DNA from: Geosiphon pyriformis uo1
Taxonomy: Eukaryota > Fungi > Glomeromycota
DNA length: 64,000 bases
Reading direction: 5' to 3'
Assembly: GCA_016748015.1 (NCBI GenBank)
Contig: JAAOMT010000213.1
Location: forward strand, 523,107 to 587,106
Shown: in pieces, positions 12,194-24,808 of the stretch
How the letters are laid out: each line of letters opens with the position of its first letter
How positions within the stretch are numbered: position 1 is the first letter of the stretch
Program-made: the position numbers and the translations under genes
Notes under the pieces: generated by a model
What the model was told of the DNA's origin: nothing
Database searches by the model: none
The model's input: the letters and a program-made list of their open reading frames with translations, nothing else

Positions 12194-12865
12194 TAACTTC
12201 CTCCTCAAGACTGAGCTCCATCGAAGTCCAAGTACTGTCTGTTATTTCCAGATAATAATCCAAAATTATTGAAGAAATTTGGTCTGAAAATTATTGAAAT
12301 TTCCAATGTATTGAATCTTCAAAGGTTGAAAAATTGGGTTTTGTAGTACATTTTCACAGGTGTGAAATAGGTTATAAAGTCTAAGAGCAGCTCTGAGCCT
12401 GTAGTGACTGTTTGTTGATTCAGCTGTTGTCTTGAATTCATTGTGGAGTTGTTTCTAAATGGTTTTTTTTGTGAGGTTTGCTGTTGTAAGTTCCAGTTTT
12501 CATTCATAGAGTGTTTTTCTAATGTAGAAATATCTATAAATTGGAGGATATTCAGTGTTTTTCTCTTTAAGACACAGTTGAAGTCTTTGTTGAATTGTAG
12601 AATTTGGTGGAATACTAATCGGAATGAGCATTAGGTTTTCTCTTAAAGCAAGCTTTAAAAGTTCTGGCAGGTGAATTCCAGAATAACTTCTTGTGTTTTT
12701 CTTATATGGGTGATATTTTTGTGAATTTGGGGCTAAATTTGTAACTACTTTTGTTTGGGTATAATTAATGTGGTTTCCAGTAACAGTAATGGATAATTCG
12801 GGTATTGTTTTTAAAGCTAATATTAGTTTTTGGGATAATTGTTGAATGTTTTGAGGAATAGTCAT
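12162..12865 (-). pseudogene. Accessory ORF3 of A2
   Basis: MTIPQNIQQLSQKLILALKTIPELSITV...IYRYFYIRKTLYE, homologous to A3 ORF3. Confidence 0.8.
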
Positions 12866-12971
12866 TATAAGAGATTTGAAATAAAAGAAAATTATTTTTG
12901 GTGTATGGGTTTTTATGTTATTTTTGTTTTGATTGTTTCTAAATTATAAGGGAATAACTAGTAAAATTAAA

Positions 12972-14356
12972 TTAAGTGTTCAGGTTGGAAGATTGTTCAA
13001 TAACAACTATTGGTTCTAAGTTTTGGGGAATATCTTCAGGATTGACTAAAGGGGAATGTGTACTAATTTGTGGAATTAATGGTTCAGGATTGTTTCTGGA
13101 ATGATAGTGTTTTAAACGATCTCCATGTGCAACTTTTGCTAAGATTTTGTCATCAAATCTTAGCTTATATGATTCATTGCCTAGGACTTCATAGATAAAG
13201 AATAGTCCATCCATTTATTTTCAAATTTTCTACTCCATTGTTTTTTAGTTTTAGTTCTGTGTAAGAGAACTTTGTTTCCAATTTTAAATTCATTAGTGAC
13301 TGGAGGCAATTTGTCATCATGCTGTTCTTTTTGTCGAGCTTGGAAGTGTTCAATATAGGTGGCTGCTATTCATCGTTTTCCTTCCAATATGCTAAGCAGA
13401 GTGTAGGCTCTTCGCTGAAGTGTTTCTTGGAAATTGTTTTAATCAATTGGTTGTGCTGAGTATGTTTCTACTGTGAAACTAATTGGTAATGTTGCTGTTC
13501 TTCTGTAAGTTAAATCAAATGGTGTGTGTTTTGTGGTATCTTGTTTTAGTGTTCTGTATGCTAGCAACACTGATGGAATAAAGATATCCCACTTTTGCTC
13601 AAAATTAGTTGAGACTTTGGCTAATGACTCATACAATGTTCTGTTAAAACGTTCCACAAGCCTATTTGTTTGTGGATGGTAGAGCGAAGACAGAGGTCTT
13701 TTGACATTAAATCATTCGCAAATTTCTTGTATCAGGTTGTTCACAAAGTGTGTTCCCTAATCAGATAAAAGTTCAATTGGACATCTGTGTCTACAAATGA
13801 TGTCTTCATAGATGAAATTTGCTACTGATTTTACATCTGCTTGTTGAATGGCTCTGGCTTCAGGCCATTTAGTAAAATAGTCTACAGCTACTGCAATATA
13901 ACAGTTTCCTTAAGTGGTAATAGATAGTGGTCCAACTAAATCAATACCAACTTGGTCAAAGGGGTGTCCAACTTTGATTGGATTTAATGATTCAGTAGGG
14001 TGTGTTCCTCCTCTTTTTTGACAACTATCACAAGATTCAACATATTTGTGAATGTTTTTCCTCATTTAAGACCAAAAGTAGTATTCTAGTGTTTTTTGGG
14101 TGGTGCTATCTTTTCCAAAGTGTGCTGATGAAGGATCTGAGTGCATGTTATATAATATGGTCTCTTTTTTCTGTTCTTGTATTAATCTGAGTGGTTTGTT
14201 TGGGTTTTTGAAATTTCGATGATAAATAATGTTGTTGTGTAGAAAATATTGTTTGGCTTGTTGTTGTAGTCAATGTTTTTTATCTGAAAACCAATCTGTT
14301 GGGATTGTTAATGTTTCCAAATATTGTTTGAGATTGTTGTAGTTTTCCAAATTCAT
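12972..14356 (-). pseudogene. Integrase ORF of A2
   Basis: ATG at 14356 (MNLENYNNLKQYL); ERFNRTL core; tail PEDIPQNLEPIVVIE. Confidence 0.9.
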
Positions 14357-14407
14357 TGTTTGTTGGTTGTTTTAATTGGTTAAGTTGAGTGTTGGTTTTT
14401 GTGTTTT

Positions 14408-17400
14408 CTAATCTTGTCTCATTCTGAAGAGACAGTCAACATTGGTATGGAGTTTTCCTGGTTTGTGATGTACTATGTATTGATAGTTTGCTAAAAATCT
14501 TGTCCATCTGGTTTGTTTGGCATTCAGCTAAGTGTTTTTGTTTTGTAACCATTTGAGTCTAATATTATCAGTGATAATATTGAATTCTTTAGGCCAAAGA
14601 TAAAAATTGAAGTGGTATAGGGCCCAAATTACAGCTGCTGTTTCTAGTTCTGTGGCAGGGTAGTTTTTCTCAGCTGGTTTTAATGTTCTGCTAGCATAAG
14701 CAATTACTCGGTCATTTCTGTTGTCATTTAGTTGTGATAAGATAGCACCAAAGGCAGTATACAAAGCATCTGTAGCTAGTCAAAATTGGTTGCTGAAATC
14801 TGAGTAGGCGAGGATTGGAGCTGTTGTCAGTTTTTTCTTGAAAATTTCAAAAGCTTTTTGGTGTTTGGTAGTCCATTTGTATTCAACGTTTTTGGTGGTG
14901 AGCTGGTTGAGGGGTTTTGCAATTTCCGAGAATTTTTTGATAAACTTCTGATAATAAGATGCTAATCCTATGAATCCTCTTAGTTCTGTAGTGTTTCGAG
15001 GAGTTTTGAAGTTTTTGACAATGCTGATTTTTCTAGGGTCTGGTTTGATTCCATTTTTACTAATGATATGCCCAAGAAAGACCAAGCTTGTTTTTCCAAA
15101 GTAGCATTTTTTGATGTTGAGTTTTAGTCCTGCTTTTTGTAATCATTGAAAAACTTTTCACAGGTGTTTTAAGTGTAATTCAAATGATGGAAAATAAACA
15201 TCAGTATTGTCAAGATAAATGACTACTGACTTCCAAAGAAGTCCTTGGTACACAACATCCATTAATCTCTGAAACATTGCTGGTGCATTGCATAATCCGA
15301 AAGGCATTACATTGAACTCGTAATTTCTGTTTTGAATGGTAAATGCTGTTTTGGGGCAATCTTTGGGATCCATAGCAACTTGCCAGTAACCGCTTTCTAA
15401 ATCTAGTGTTGAAAAGTATTTGGATTTTCCAAGGGCATCTAACATGTCATCAATCTGAGGAAGGAGGTAGGTATCTCCAATTGTAACACTGTTGAGTTGT
15501 CAATAATCAACACAAAATTGGATCTTTCTATTTGTCTTTTTAACTAGCATTACAGGTAAAGCCCAAGGACTCATAGAGGATTGGATAAGCCCATTGTTAA
15601 GCATTCATTGTACTTTTTCTCAGATGAATTGGTGGCTTTCTAGAGCAACTCAATATGCTTGTTGTCTTTTTGGTTTGGCATCTTTTGTATAAATTTAGTG
15701 TTGGACCAAATTGGTTTTTCCTAAGTCATTGTTGTTTTCGGCAAAGATATCAGCAAATTCTGCAATTAACTCTTTGAGCTGGATCTGTTGTTGTGGTTCA
15801 AGTTGTCCCATGTTGATTTGAGACAGTTTTCCATGACAACATGGTAGTTTTTAAAGCTGGGGTTTGGGTTGATTTTTGGTAGTGAATGTCCAATAATTTC
15901 AGAGAAATTGGGAACTGTTTGGAGTAATTCTTGTTGAAATATATTACTGTGAATAACTCCAATTTCTAAATTATTTAATAAAATTATGGGGTAATTATTG
16001 GGGTTGTAAAAAGTAACTCAGACTTTTTTTGTTCCTTCTGGAATATAAATGTTTGGGATCAAAATATTATGTTCCAAGCAGACTTGTTCATTGGACTCAA
16101 AAATTTGTTGTGTGGTTGTTGGCTTTGGGCAGGTGTAGATTTCCGGATGTTCTCCAAAGGGTGAGATGGTAATTGGTTGTGGAAGTCTGAGAATCTGGTG
16201 GAATTTGTTCTGTGTATTAAGAGCTATATTAACTAGAACTGTGAATTGTCCAGTTGAACCAAAACCTTGGGTTCTTTTATTGCTTTTTTCTAATTGTTCT
16301 CTTTGATTGACTAGTTGCAAACCCGAAATGTTGATTAGGAGTAGATAAATAGCTTAGGCAATTTTTTTAGCATGTTTGATCTTGAATGGTTTGTCAGTTT
16401 TGTTTTGAAGCATCACTGTAATGTTTCCAGTATATCCAGCATCAATTATTCCTCCTCTGACATTGATTCTTTTGTTTGTCAGAGAGGACCAGGAGGCAAT
16501 TTGAACCATTGCTTCTGGCGGGATTTTGAGTGCAATTTTAAGGTTGATTTTTGTGAGAGATTTGGGTTGGAGAACAAGAGTATCCTTATCTGGATATTTT
16601 AGGTCATATCCAACATCAATTTCGTGTGCTTTTTCAGATTTTATTCCTTGTCCATTGTTGTTGAAGTATTTGAGTTGTAAGACAGGCTGATTTTTGATAA
16701 GATAGGTGGGTGTTGTTTCAATTTCTTCCATGGCTTCAGGTTTTCCAAATTCAATTTTGTTCTCATCACTTTTGCTGGACAAAGGGATGCTAAAAGTGTA
16801 GCATTCAGGACACCACTGTTTATCACAAGGCATAATGCATTTTTCACATAGTCTAATGTTCATTTGCTCTAATCATTGAATTTGAGCTTCTTGGGTTGGG
16901 TAGGTGTAACTTGCAATTTGGTGGTAGACTTCTACTTCATTTTCATAATTGAATCTAGCTAATTCTATGGTGTATTCAATGTATTCTGCTTCTTTCATTT
17001 GACGAATATCTTCTTTGGTAGCTTCATTAATTAATGCCATTGCTAGGTCAAAAATCATCTCAGCATCATGGGGGTAGTGATAAAATTTGTTGAAAGCACT
17101 GTTGTATGCTGCATCAAAAGGTGTTCCTCTTTTGACTTTTTCTGAAATTGATAAAGCATATTGGCAGGTTTGATTGCAGACTTCTTTTCTCATTGCTATA
17201 TCAATTCAATTGCATTCTTCTGGTAGCATATCTCCACAAGTCAAACAAGGGGTGTTGCCCTATTTTCCACTTCTTTTTATTAGATGGCCCCATTGTTCTT
17301 TGTGGCAAGCCTTACAGTAATAACAAGTATAATTTTCATATTCTTCTTCAAGTGAAATGCAGGCTCCCATTAACAATAGTTTCTTGTGACAGTCTTTACA

Positions 17401-20025
17401 TTTAAGGGGAATATAGGGGCATTGTTTTCTTGGTTCGGGTTTTGAGTAAGGGATATTCTATCCAGAGGTTTTGGGTTTAGAGTGTGGGGTAAAATGTTCT
17501 TGTTCCATTTTATCAGCCCAGTTGGATGTTGATCCAAGAGCCATGAATGTTTTAATAAGGGGTTTTTCCTCTTCCGGTTCGAATTCAAAAGCCGGGGCTT
17601 TTTCAGAGCATTTGTTGAATGTACCACAAGTGGCAGGTACCCAGGCATGTTGTCCTTGGTAGGAGATTGTTAACTCTTGTGTTTCCCAATTCAGATTAGC
17701 ATTGGCTTTTTGAAACCAATCATTTCCGACAAGAGCTTAGTACTGGGGTGTGTCCATTACAAGAACTTTGACTGGAATGATGATTCCATTAAAAGTGAAT
17801 GGAAAATTGTCAATTTCTCCTACTGGAGTCTTTTTCATGCCATTGGCAGTAACAATTACTGTTTGAGCTGGTCGGTCAACATTTTTCTTTAACTGTTGCA
17901 TTAACTGGTAGGTAATAATGCTTTTAGTGGATCCACTGTCTAGGATCAAGCAAATTGTCTTTCCTTCGACTTCTGCTTTGGTGTACATAGCAGTGATTGC
18001 TTTTTGTTTATTGGCGGCTGCATTGCTGAGTAGAAATGGTAATTCATTGGCTTCGAACTCAAAAGGAAATATATCAGAGAGATTGGCATTTCCAGCAATT
18101 CAGGCTGGTAGAATAGTGGTGTGGTTATGAGAAGAGTTTTATTGTTGTACTGCAGCTCTACCTTCCAAGGGTGCAGTATGGTAAAAATTCTGTTCTTTTG
18201 ACATTTTTAAATAACTGGGTTGAGTGTGATAGTGGTTGGGTCTTGGTTGAGTGGAATTTTGGGAAACCAATTGGTTGTTTGAACTGATTCTATTATTGTT
18301 TACTTGGTATTGGTTTTGTGGTGTGAATTGATTTTGTGTACTCAGTCTTCGAGCAGGTACTTGATAATATTGTGTGGGTGGTTGTTGGTATTGCTGTTGG
18401 ATTGGCTGTGGAGTGGGCTGATAATAGTTATTTTGGTATTGGGGTCTTGGTGGATAGTAAGCTGGTGGTGGTAGTTAATAATAAGATTGCTATGGTGGAG
18501 GATAATGTTGATTACTTCTATTTTGTTGGTCTCATTGTAGCTTTCTGCAATCTCTTTTCCAGTGGCCAGAGATTTCACAGTAATGGCAATTCTGAGACTG
18601 GTTATTAGAAAGTAGTGCAAAGTTATTTTGATTTTGTCTTTGGAGTAGTTGATATTTTTGGGGTTGCTGTTGTTGTTGATTGGTAAAATAGTTTTTAACC
18701 TTCTTTGTGAGTTGGTCAATTTTTTCCTCAGCTACTGAGCTGGTTTCTCTAATTGCCAAATTTACAAGTTTTGTGCAATTGGCCTCTTCTATGGCCATTT
18801 TGTATCTTTTCGCATGCTGTATAGCAAAGTTTAAATCTTCTGGCGCATGTGGACAAATCTTTTTAATTAGTTTATCTTTTAGACCAGTGATAAATTGATA
18901 CAAGATTTGAGCATTGGAATAATAATTGTTTGTTTCAAGTTGGCAAATTTGTCTGAGAAGTTTGTTGAATTTCCCAATATAAGTTATAACAGATTCGGAG
19001 GGTTCTTGTTTGATATTTTGAAAATGATTGCGAAGAGTGATGGAGGTATTATTGTCGGTGAACTGTTCAAGGAAGGCTGCTTTAAAAGCATTCCAATCAT
19101 TGAATGGAGTGACCAAGTTTTCAAACTATTCTCCTGCTGTTCCTTTAAGAAAGTAGAAAATTGTTCTTAACATTCTGGCAGCATTTCATCCATTTGCATC
19201 TCCAGCTTTAGTAACTTGGTTGAGCCATTCTTGGGGACTGGTCTCAATGTCTTCTCCATTAAATTCTGGAATTTTTGTGATGTATGTTGTCATTTCGTCT
19301 TTTTCGTTTTCACTGTTTATTGATTCTTCTTCAGATATTTCAGGTTCGTTTTTTTCGTTTGCTGCTGTCTCAGAGTGTTCACTTTGATTTTCAGCTAGAA
19401 AGTCAAGGAGATTGGAACTAGTTTGAAAGGATTTTTGTTGTCTGATGGGACTTCTAAGTAATGTAAAATCTTCTGGTCTTGTAAATTGATTTAAAGGTAA
19501 ATTAGGTGTTTGTGCCTGTGCAAGTAAAGCTGGAAAAGGTGTGATAGTAAGTGGAAGTTTTGAACTGGTTTCTTGTTCAGGTGTTTGTAAATGTTTGGCA
19601 GTTGTTTTTAGTAGTGTCAGAGTATTTGGGGTGGTTTTTGAGTATTGCTTCAATTTGTTTTTGCCTTTGTTGCTTGTTTCTGTTTTCAATTCAAAATTAA
19701 TAAAGTATTGAGACTGCACTGGATATGTTTTTTCACAGTATTTGATAATATTAAAATTAAGTTCGTGAAAGTAAGTAGCAAGTGTTTCACTGTTAAGGTC
19801 TTCAGTTCCCAACTGTGAATAGTATGCTAAATTATTGTAAAGATTGCTTCTAACTTCTGAGATATTGTAATTTCCAAAAAGATAATTGTTGATACGGTTT
19901 TCAATGTATTGGTATACTGATTTCTTAACAACTTCAATTTCATCTGGAATGTTGAATCTTTGCTTGCAGTAGGTGTAAATTGACTGGTAATACTTTAGAG
20001 TTGTTGTGTCTGGTGTGGTTGTCAC
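14408..20025 (-). pseudogene. A2 gag-pol polyprotein (Gag, PR, Cys-rich, dUTPase, RT, RNase H)
   Basis: CHYCEISGHWKRDC knuckle, LILDSGS protease, VGYDL/GIIDAGYTG/GFGSTG dUTPase, RT and RNase H motifs. Confidence 0.92.
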
Positions 20026-20070
20026 TTTGAATTTGTTGTTGCTGTGTTATTTCCGTGGAAAAGCACCAAA

Positions 20071-21053
20071 TGTTACCAGAGGTTTTTGGTCTCTTTTCTC
20101 GAATGTTGTTAATGTTGATTTGTTGTGAATTCACATTTCCAGAAAGTAGTTGGATCTTCAGTAACTGAATTTATCTTCAAATTATCTTCTATAATTTGAA
20201 CTGTTGGGCTTATAAGTAAAATGGCCAATTCTATGTCAGTTACTTTGTATAGTTATGTTGTAGTAAATGTCAACTCTTTCCCAAGAATTGCTTATCTGGA
20301 AGCTCACTAAAATGTGTAGTTACTTTGCTGTAAAAGTCAACTCTTCTACAGGGATCTCGTCTGTAGACTACCCTAATGATTATAGTAAGAAAATAAAAAG
20401 AAAATAAAAGAAATGTAAAAGAAATAAAATTCTGTCAAGGAAAACGTTTTCGATCCAGGCCTGGAGTTACTAACAGTTTATTGAAATTGGTAGCTAATTA
20501 ATTTCAAAATGTTAGTTGGGTTTTGAGAATTTTTCCAAGTGCAATAATTAAAGAATTTGGTTTTTTTTTTTGAATTATTTGATATTTATTTCTTTTTGTG
20601 TATGTAAGAATAGTTCTAAGTGATAAATCTAAAGTAAGATACATTTTCTCAAAAAGAGAAGCTCTTCTTTTATACAACTTGTTGTAACACTATTCTATAA
20701 ACTTGAACTTTGCTATTTTCTACAATTTCATTAAACTAAAGATATATTTTGGCAAACTACAAGTTATTTCTGTGAACTATTAGATATTTTGGTGAACTAT
20801 CAATTATTTCTACAAATTTCTACAAATTTCAGCAAACTTTTGAATATTACATAGTTTGGGGTATTGCATAATTGATCATCACAATTAGGTTATATTTGTG
20901 TTGTGTACAAATTGGGTTATTAATTAAATGATAATTTCGAACATTTTGCTAATATAATAAATGATAATTTAAAACAATAATATATGCTAATTAATGATAG
21001 GAATTATAAAATAATTTCATGCTAAATAATATCTCTAATTTTATCTAGTAACA
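20071..21053 (-). repeat. 5' LTR of A2
   Basis: Followed on the minus strand by TT and PBS TGGTGCTTTTCCACGGAAAT. Confidence 0.93.
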
Positions 21054-23786
21054 TTGTTCTCTATGGCATGCTTTGTAAAAGTAACAGATACGAGTTTCAT
21101 ATTCCTCTTCTGGAGAAATACATGCTCCCATTGATGAAAGTTTTTTGTTGCAATCTTTGCATTTGAGTGGAATATAGGGTGGTTGTTTCTGTGGTTCTGA
21201 TGTAGAATATCTAACTTTCTTCCATCCCCTTGATTCTTCAAAAATCTCTTGTTCTGTTTCTTCAGCCCAATTGGATGTTGATCCAAGAGCCATGTAGGTT
21301 TCAGTAAGTGGCATTTCTTTCTCCTCTTCAAATTCAAATACTGGAGCTTTTTTTGATCGTTTGTTAAAGATACCACAGGTTGCAGGTACTATGGTATATT
21401 GTCCTTGGTATGAGATTTTAAGTTCTTGAGTTTCCCAGTTCAGGTTTGCATTGGTCTTGAGAAGCCAATCATTTCTGACTAGAGCTTGGTATTGGGGTGC
21501 ATCCATAACAAGAACTTTAACTGAAATGGTAATTCCATCAATTGAAAAAGGGAAATCATTAATTTCTCCTACTGGAGTCTTCTTCATACTATCAGCTGTG
21601 ACAATAACTGTTTGAGCTGGTCTGTCTACATTTTGTTTAAGTTGTTGCATCAGCTGGTAAATGATGATACTTCTAGCCGATTCACTATCTAAGATTAAGC
21701 GAATGGGTTTTCCTTCCACTGTAGCTTCTGTGTATATAGCAGTAATTGCTTTCTGTTCATTGACTGCTGCATTACTAAGCAAAAATGGTGATTCATTTGC
21801 TTTAAATTCAAATGGAAATATGTCTGACAGATTGGCATTTTGGGCAATTTAAGCTGGTGAAATGGTGTGGTTGGAAAGGTTTAATCTTGGTGCTGCAACT
21901 TTACTTTCAGAAAGTGCAGTTTGTTAAAAATCCGATTCCTCTGGTATTGTGAGATAACTGGATTGAGTGTAATAGTGATTGGGTCTTTACTGACCCGAAT
22001 TTCGGAAGACCAACTGGTTATTTGGATTAATTCTGTTGTGGTTATTCTGCAATTGATTTTGAGGTGTGAATTGGTTATGTTGAACTAATTTTCTTGCTGG
22101 TACTTGATATTGTTGAGTGGGTGGTGTCTGATATGGCTAAATTGGTAAAGGTTGTTGATATTGTTGCTGCATTGATTGTGGAGCTGGTGGATAGTAGTTT
22201 TGATTTTGTGGTCTTAGTAAATAATAGGTTGGTAGTGAAGATTGGTAATAGGATTGTTGTGGTGAAGAGTAATGTTGATTACTCCTGTTTTGTTGGTCTC
22301 TTTGTAATTTTCTACAATCTTGTTTCCAGTATTCTGGAATTCCACAATAATGACAATTTTGAGATTGGTTGTTGGATGGTGATCCAAAATTGTTTTGGTT
22401 GTGGCATTGTGGGAGTTGATATCTTTGTGGTTGTTGTTGCTATTGTTGTTGGTTTGTAAAGTAGCTTTCAACTTTTTTTGTGAGTTGGTCTATCTTCTCT
22501 TCAGCTGTTGAGCTGGTTTCTCCAATTGCAAAGTTTACAAGCTTGGTGTGATTTGCTTCTTCCATTGCCATCTCATAGCTCTTTGCATGTCTAATAGCAG
22601 TTGCTAAGTCTGCTGGAGCATGTGGACAGACTTTCTTAATCAGTTTGTCTTTTAACTCTGCTATAAACTGATTCAGAATTTGAGCATCAGAATAGTAGTC
22701 ATTGGTTTCCAATTGTCAGATTTGTCTGAGAAGTTTGTTAAATCTTTCAAAATAAATCATAACAGTTTCAGATGTTTTTTGTTTGATATTGTGAAAGCAG
22801 TTTCTGAGAGTAATAGAGGTATTGTTATCAGTGAATTGTTGTAAAAAAGTATCTTTGAATGCTTGCCAGTTTTCAAATGGTTCTTCTAAGTTTTCAAACC
22901 ATTCTTCTGCTGTTCCTTGGAGAAAGTAGGGAATTGCTTTGAGCATTCTTGCTGCAATCCAACCATTTGCATCTCCTGCTTTTTGAACCTTGTCAAGCCA
23001 TTCTTGAGGACTGGTATCATTGTCTTCACTTGTAAATTCTGGGATTTTTGCAATGTAAGCAGTTGCCATTTCTTCTTCGTTTTCTGTAATTTCTTCTAGT
23101 TTTGATTCAGTTTCTTCACTTTCCAAGCTTTCTGAGTAATTACTTTCGTTTTCCTGTAAGTAGTCAATGATATTAGCACTTGTTGATATTGGTTTTTGCT
23201 GTTGAGTAGGGTTTCTAGGTGACTGAAAATCTTCTGGTCTGGAGAAGCAGTTGAGTAATGAATTTGGTGTTTGTGGTTGAACAAGTGAAATTGGAAAGGA
23301 TGTAATAGAAAGTGGTAATTTGACACTAGTTCCTTGTTCAGGTGTTTGCAAGTGTTTGGCAGGTGTCTTTTGTATTGTTGGAGTGTTTGGAGTAGTTTTT
23401 GAGTATTGCTTCAATCTTTGTTTGCCTTTGTTGCTTGTTTCTGTCTCTGATTTAAAGTCAAAAGAGTATTTAGACTGTACTGAGTATTTTTCTTCACAAT
23501 ACTCAATAATGTTAAAATTAAGTTTTTGGAAGTAGGTAGCAAGTGTTTCACTGTTCAGGTCTTCTGTTCCCAATTGTGAATAGTGCACTAAATTATTGTA
23601 GAGGTTGTTTCTAACTTTTGAGATGTTGTAGTTTCCAAAAAGATTATTGTTGATGTGGTTTTCAATGTATTGATATACTGATTTCTTGACAACTTCAATT
23701 CCGTTTGAAATGTTGAATCTTTGCTTGCAGTGGGTGTAAATTGACTGGTAATACTCTAGAGTTGCTGTGTTTGGTGTGGTCGCCAC
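21054..23786 (-). pseudogene. A1 gag-pol 5' part (N-domain, capsid, knuckle, protease, start of Cys-rich domain)
   Basis: GTG start at 23786; AKIPEFTSEDNDTSPQEWL capsid; PIRLILDSES protease; rejoins at 11177 as CHRERF. Confidence 0.92.
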
Positions 23787-23831
23787 TTTGAATTTGTTGT
23801 TGCTGTGTTATTTCTGTGAGAGAGCACCAAA

Positions 23832-24808
23832 TGTTACCAGCAGTTTTTGGTCTCTTTTCTTAAATATTGGTAATATTGATTTGCTGTGAATTCATGTTTT
23901 CAGGAAGTAATTGAACCTCCAATAACTGAATTTATCTTCAGATTATCTCCTATAATTTGAACTGCTGAACTTATAAGTAGAATGGCCAATTCCTTGCCAG
24001 TTACTTTATGTAGTTACATTGTAGTAAACGTTAACTCTTTCCCAGGAATTGCTCGTCTAGAAGCTCACTAAAAATGTGTAGTTACTTTGCTGTGAAAGTC
24101 AATTCTTCTACAGAAATCTCGTCTGTAGGCTACCCTAATAATTGTAATAAGAAAAAAAAAGAAAAAAATAAAAGAAATGTAAAAGAAATAGAATTTTGTC
24201 AAGAGAAACGTTTTTTATCCAGGCCTGAAGTCACTAACAGTTTACTGAAATTGGTAGCTAATCAATTTCGAAATGTTAGTTGGGTTTTGAAGATTTTTTC
24301 AAGTGCAATAATTAAAGAATTTGGTTTTTTTTCAAATTATTTGATATTTATTTCTTTTTGTGTGTGTAGAAATGGTTCTAAGTGATAAATCTAAAGTAAG
24401 ATACATTTTCTCAAAAAGAGAAGCTCTTCTTTTATACAACTTGTTGTAGTACTAATGTATGAACTTGCATTTTTTCTCTTTGCTCAAATTTTGGTGAACT
24501 AAAGATACATTTTGATGAACTACAAGTTATTTTGATAAACTATTGATTAATTTGGGTGAACTATTCATAATTTCGACAAATTTCTGTAAATTTTAGCAAA
24601 TTTTTGAATGTTACAAAGTTCAGGGTATTGTGTAATTTGATCATCCTACTCTCTGTTATACTAATTAGATTATTTTAATTGAATTGTGATATGTGATGAT
24701 TGATTAAATAATAAATAATAATTTGAAATAATATTAATATACTGATTAATTAAAGGAATTATAAGAGTAATTTTATGCTAATTAATAGCTAAAATTCTAC
24801 TGGTAACA
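23832..24808 (-). repeat. 5' LTR of A1
   Basis: Followed on the minus strand by TT and PBS TGGTGCTCTCTCACAGAAAT. Confidence 0.95.

Larger units (their letters stand above)
11178..21053 (-). mobile_element. Full-length Gypsy element A2 (divergent A subfamily) inserted in A1 pol
   Basis: LTRs 11178-12193 and 20071-21053; flanks TCAT (11174-11177) and TTGT (21054-21057) are the two deamination products of TCGT. Confidence 0.95.
4996..24808 (-). mobile_element. Full-length Gypsy element A1 inserted in B1 gag, interrupted by A2
   Basis: LTRs 4996-6010 and 23832-24808; TSD ACGC (4992-4995) / ACAC (24809-24812); PBS next to 23832 and PPT next to 6010. Confidence 0.95.

Noticed and set aside
21661-23535. 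Val/Leu-rich opposite-strand ORFs over gag-pol (also 18336, 26217, 36506, 47449)
   Set aside because: Shadows of CAA/ACA-rich coding strands with no recognisable motifs
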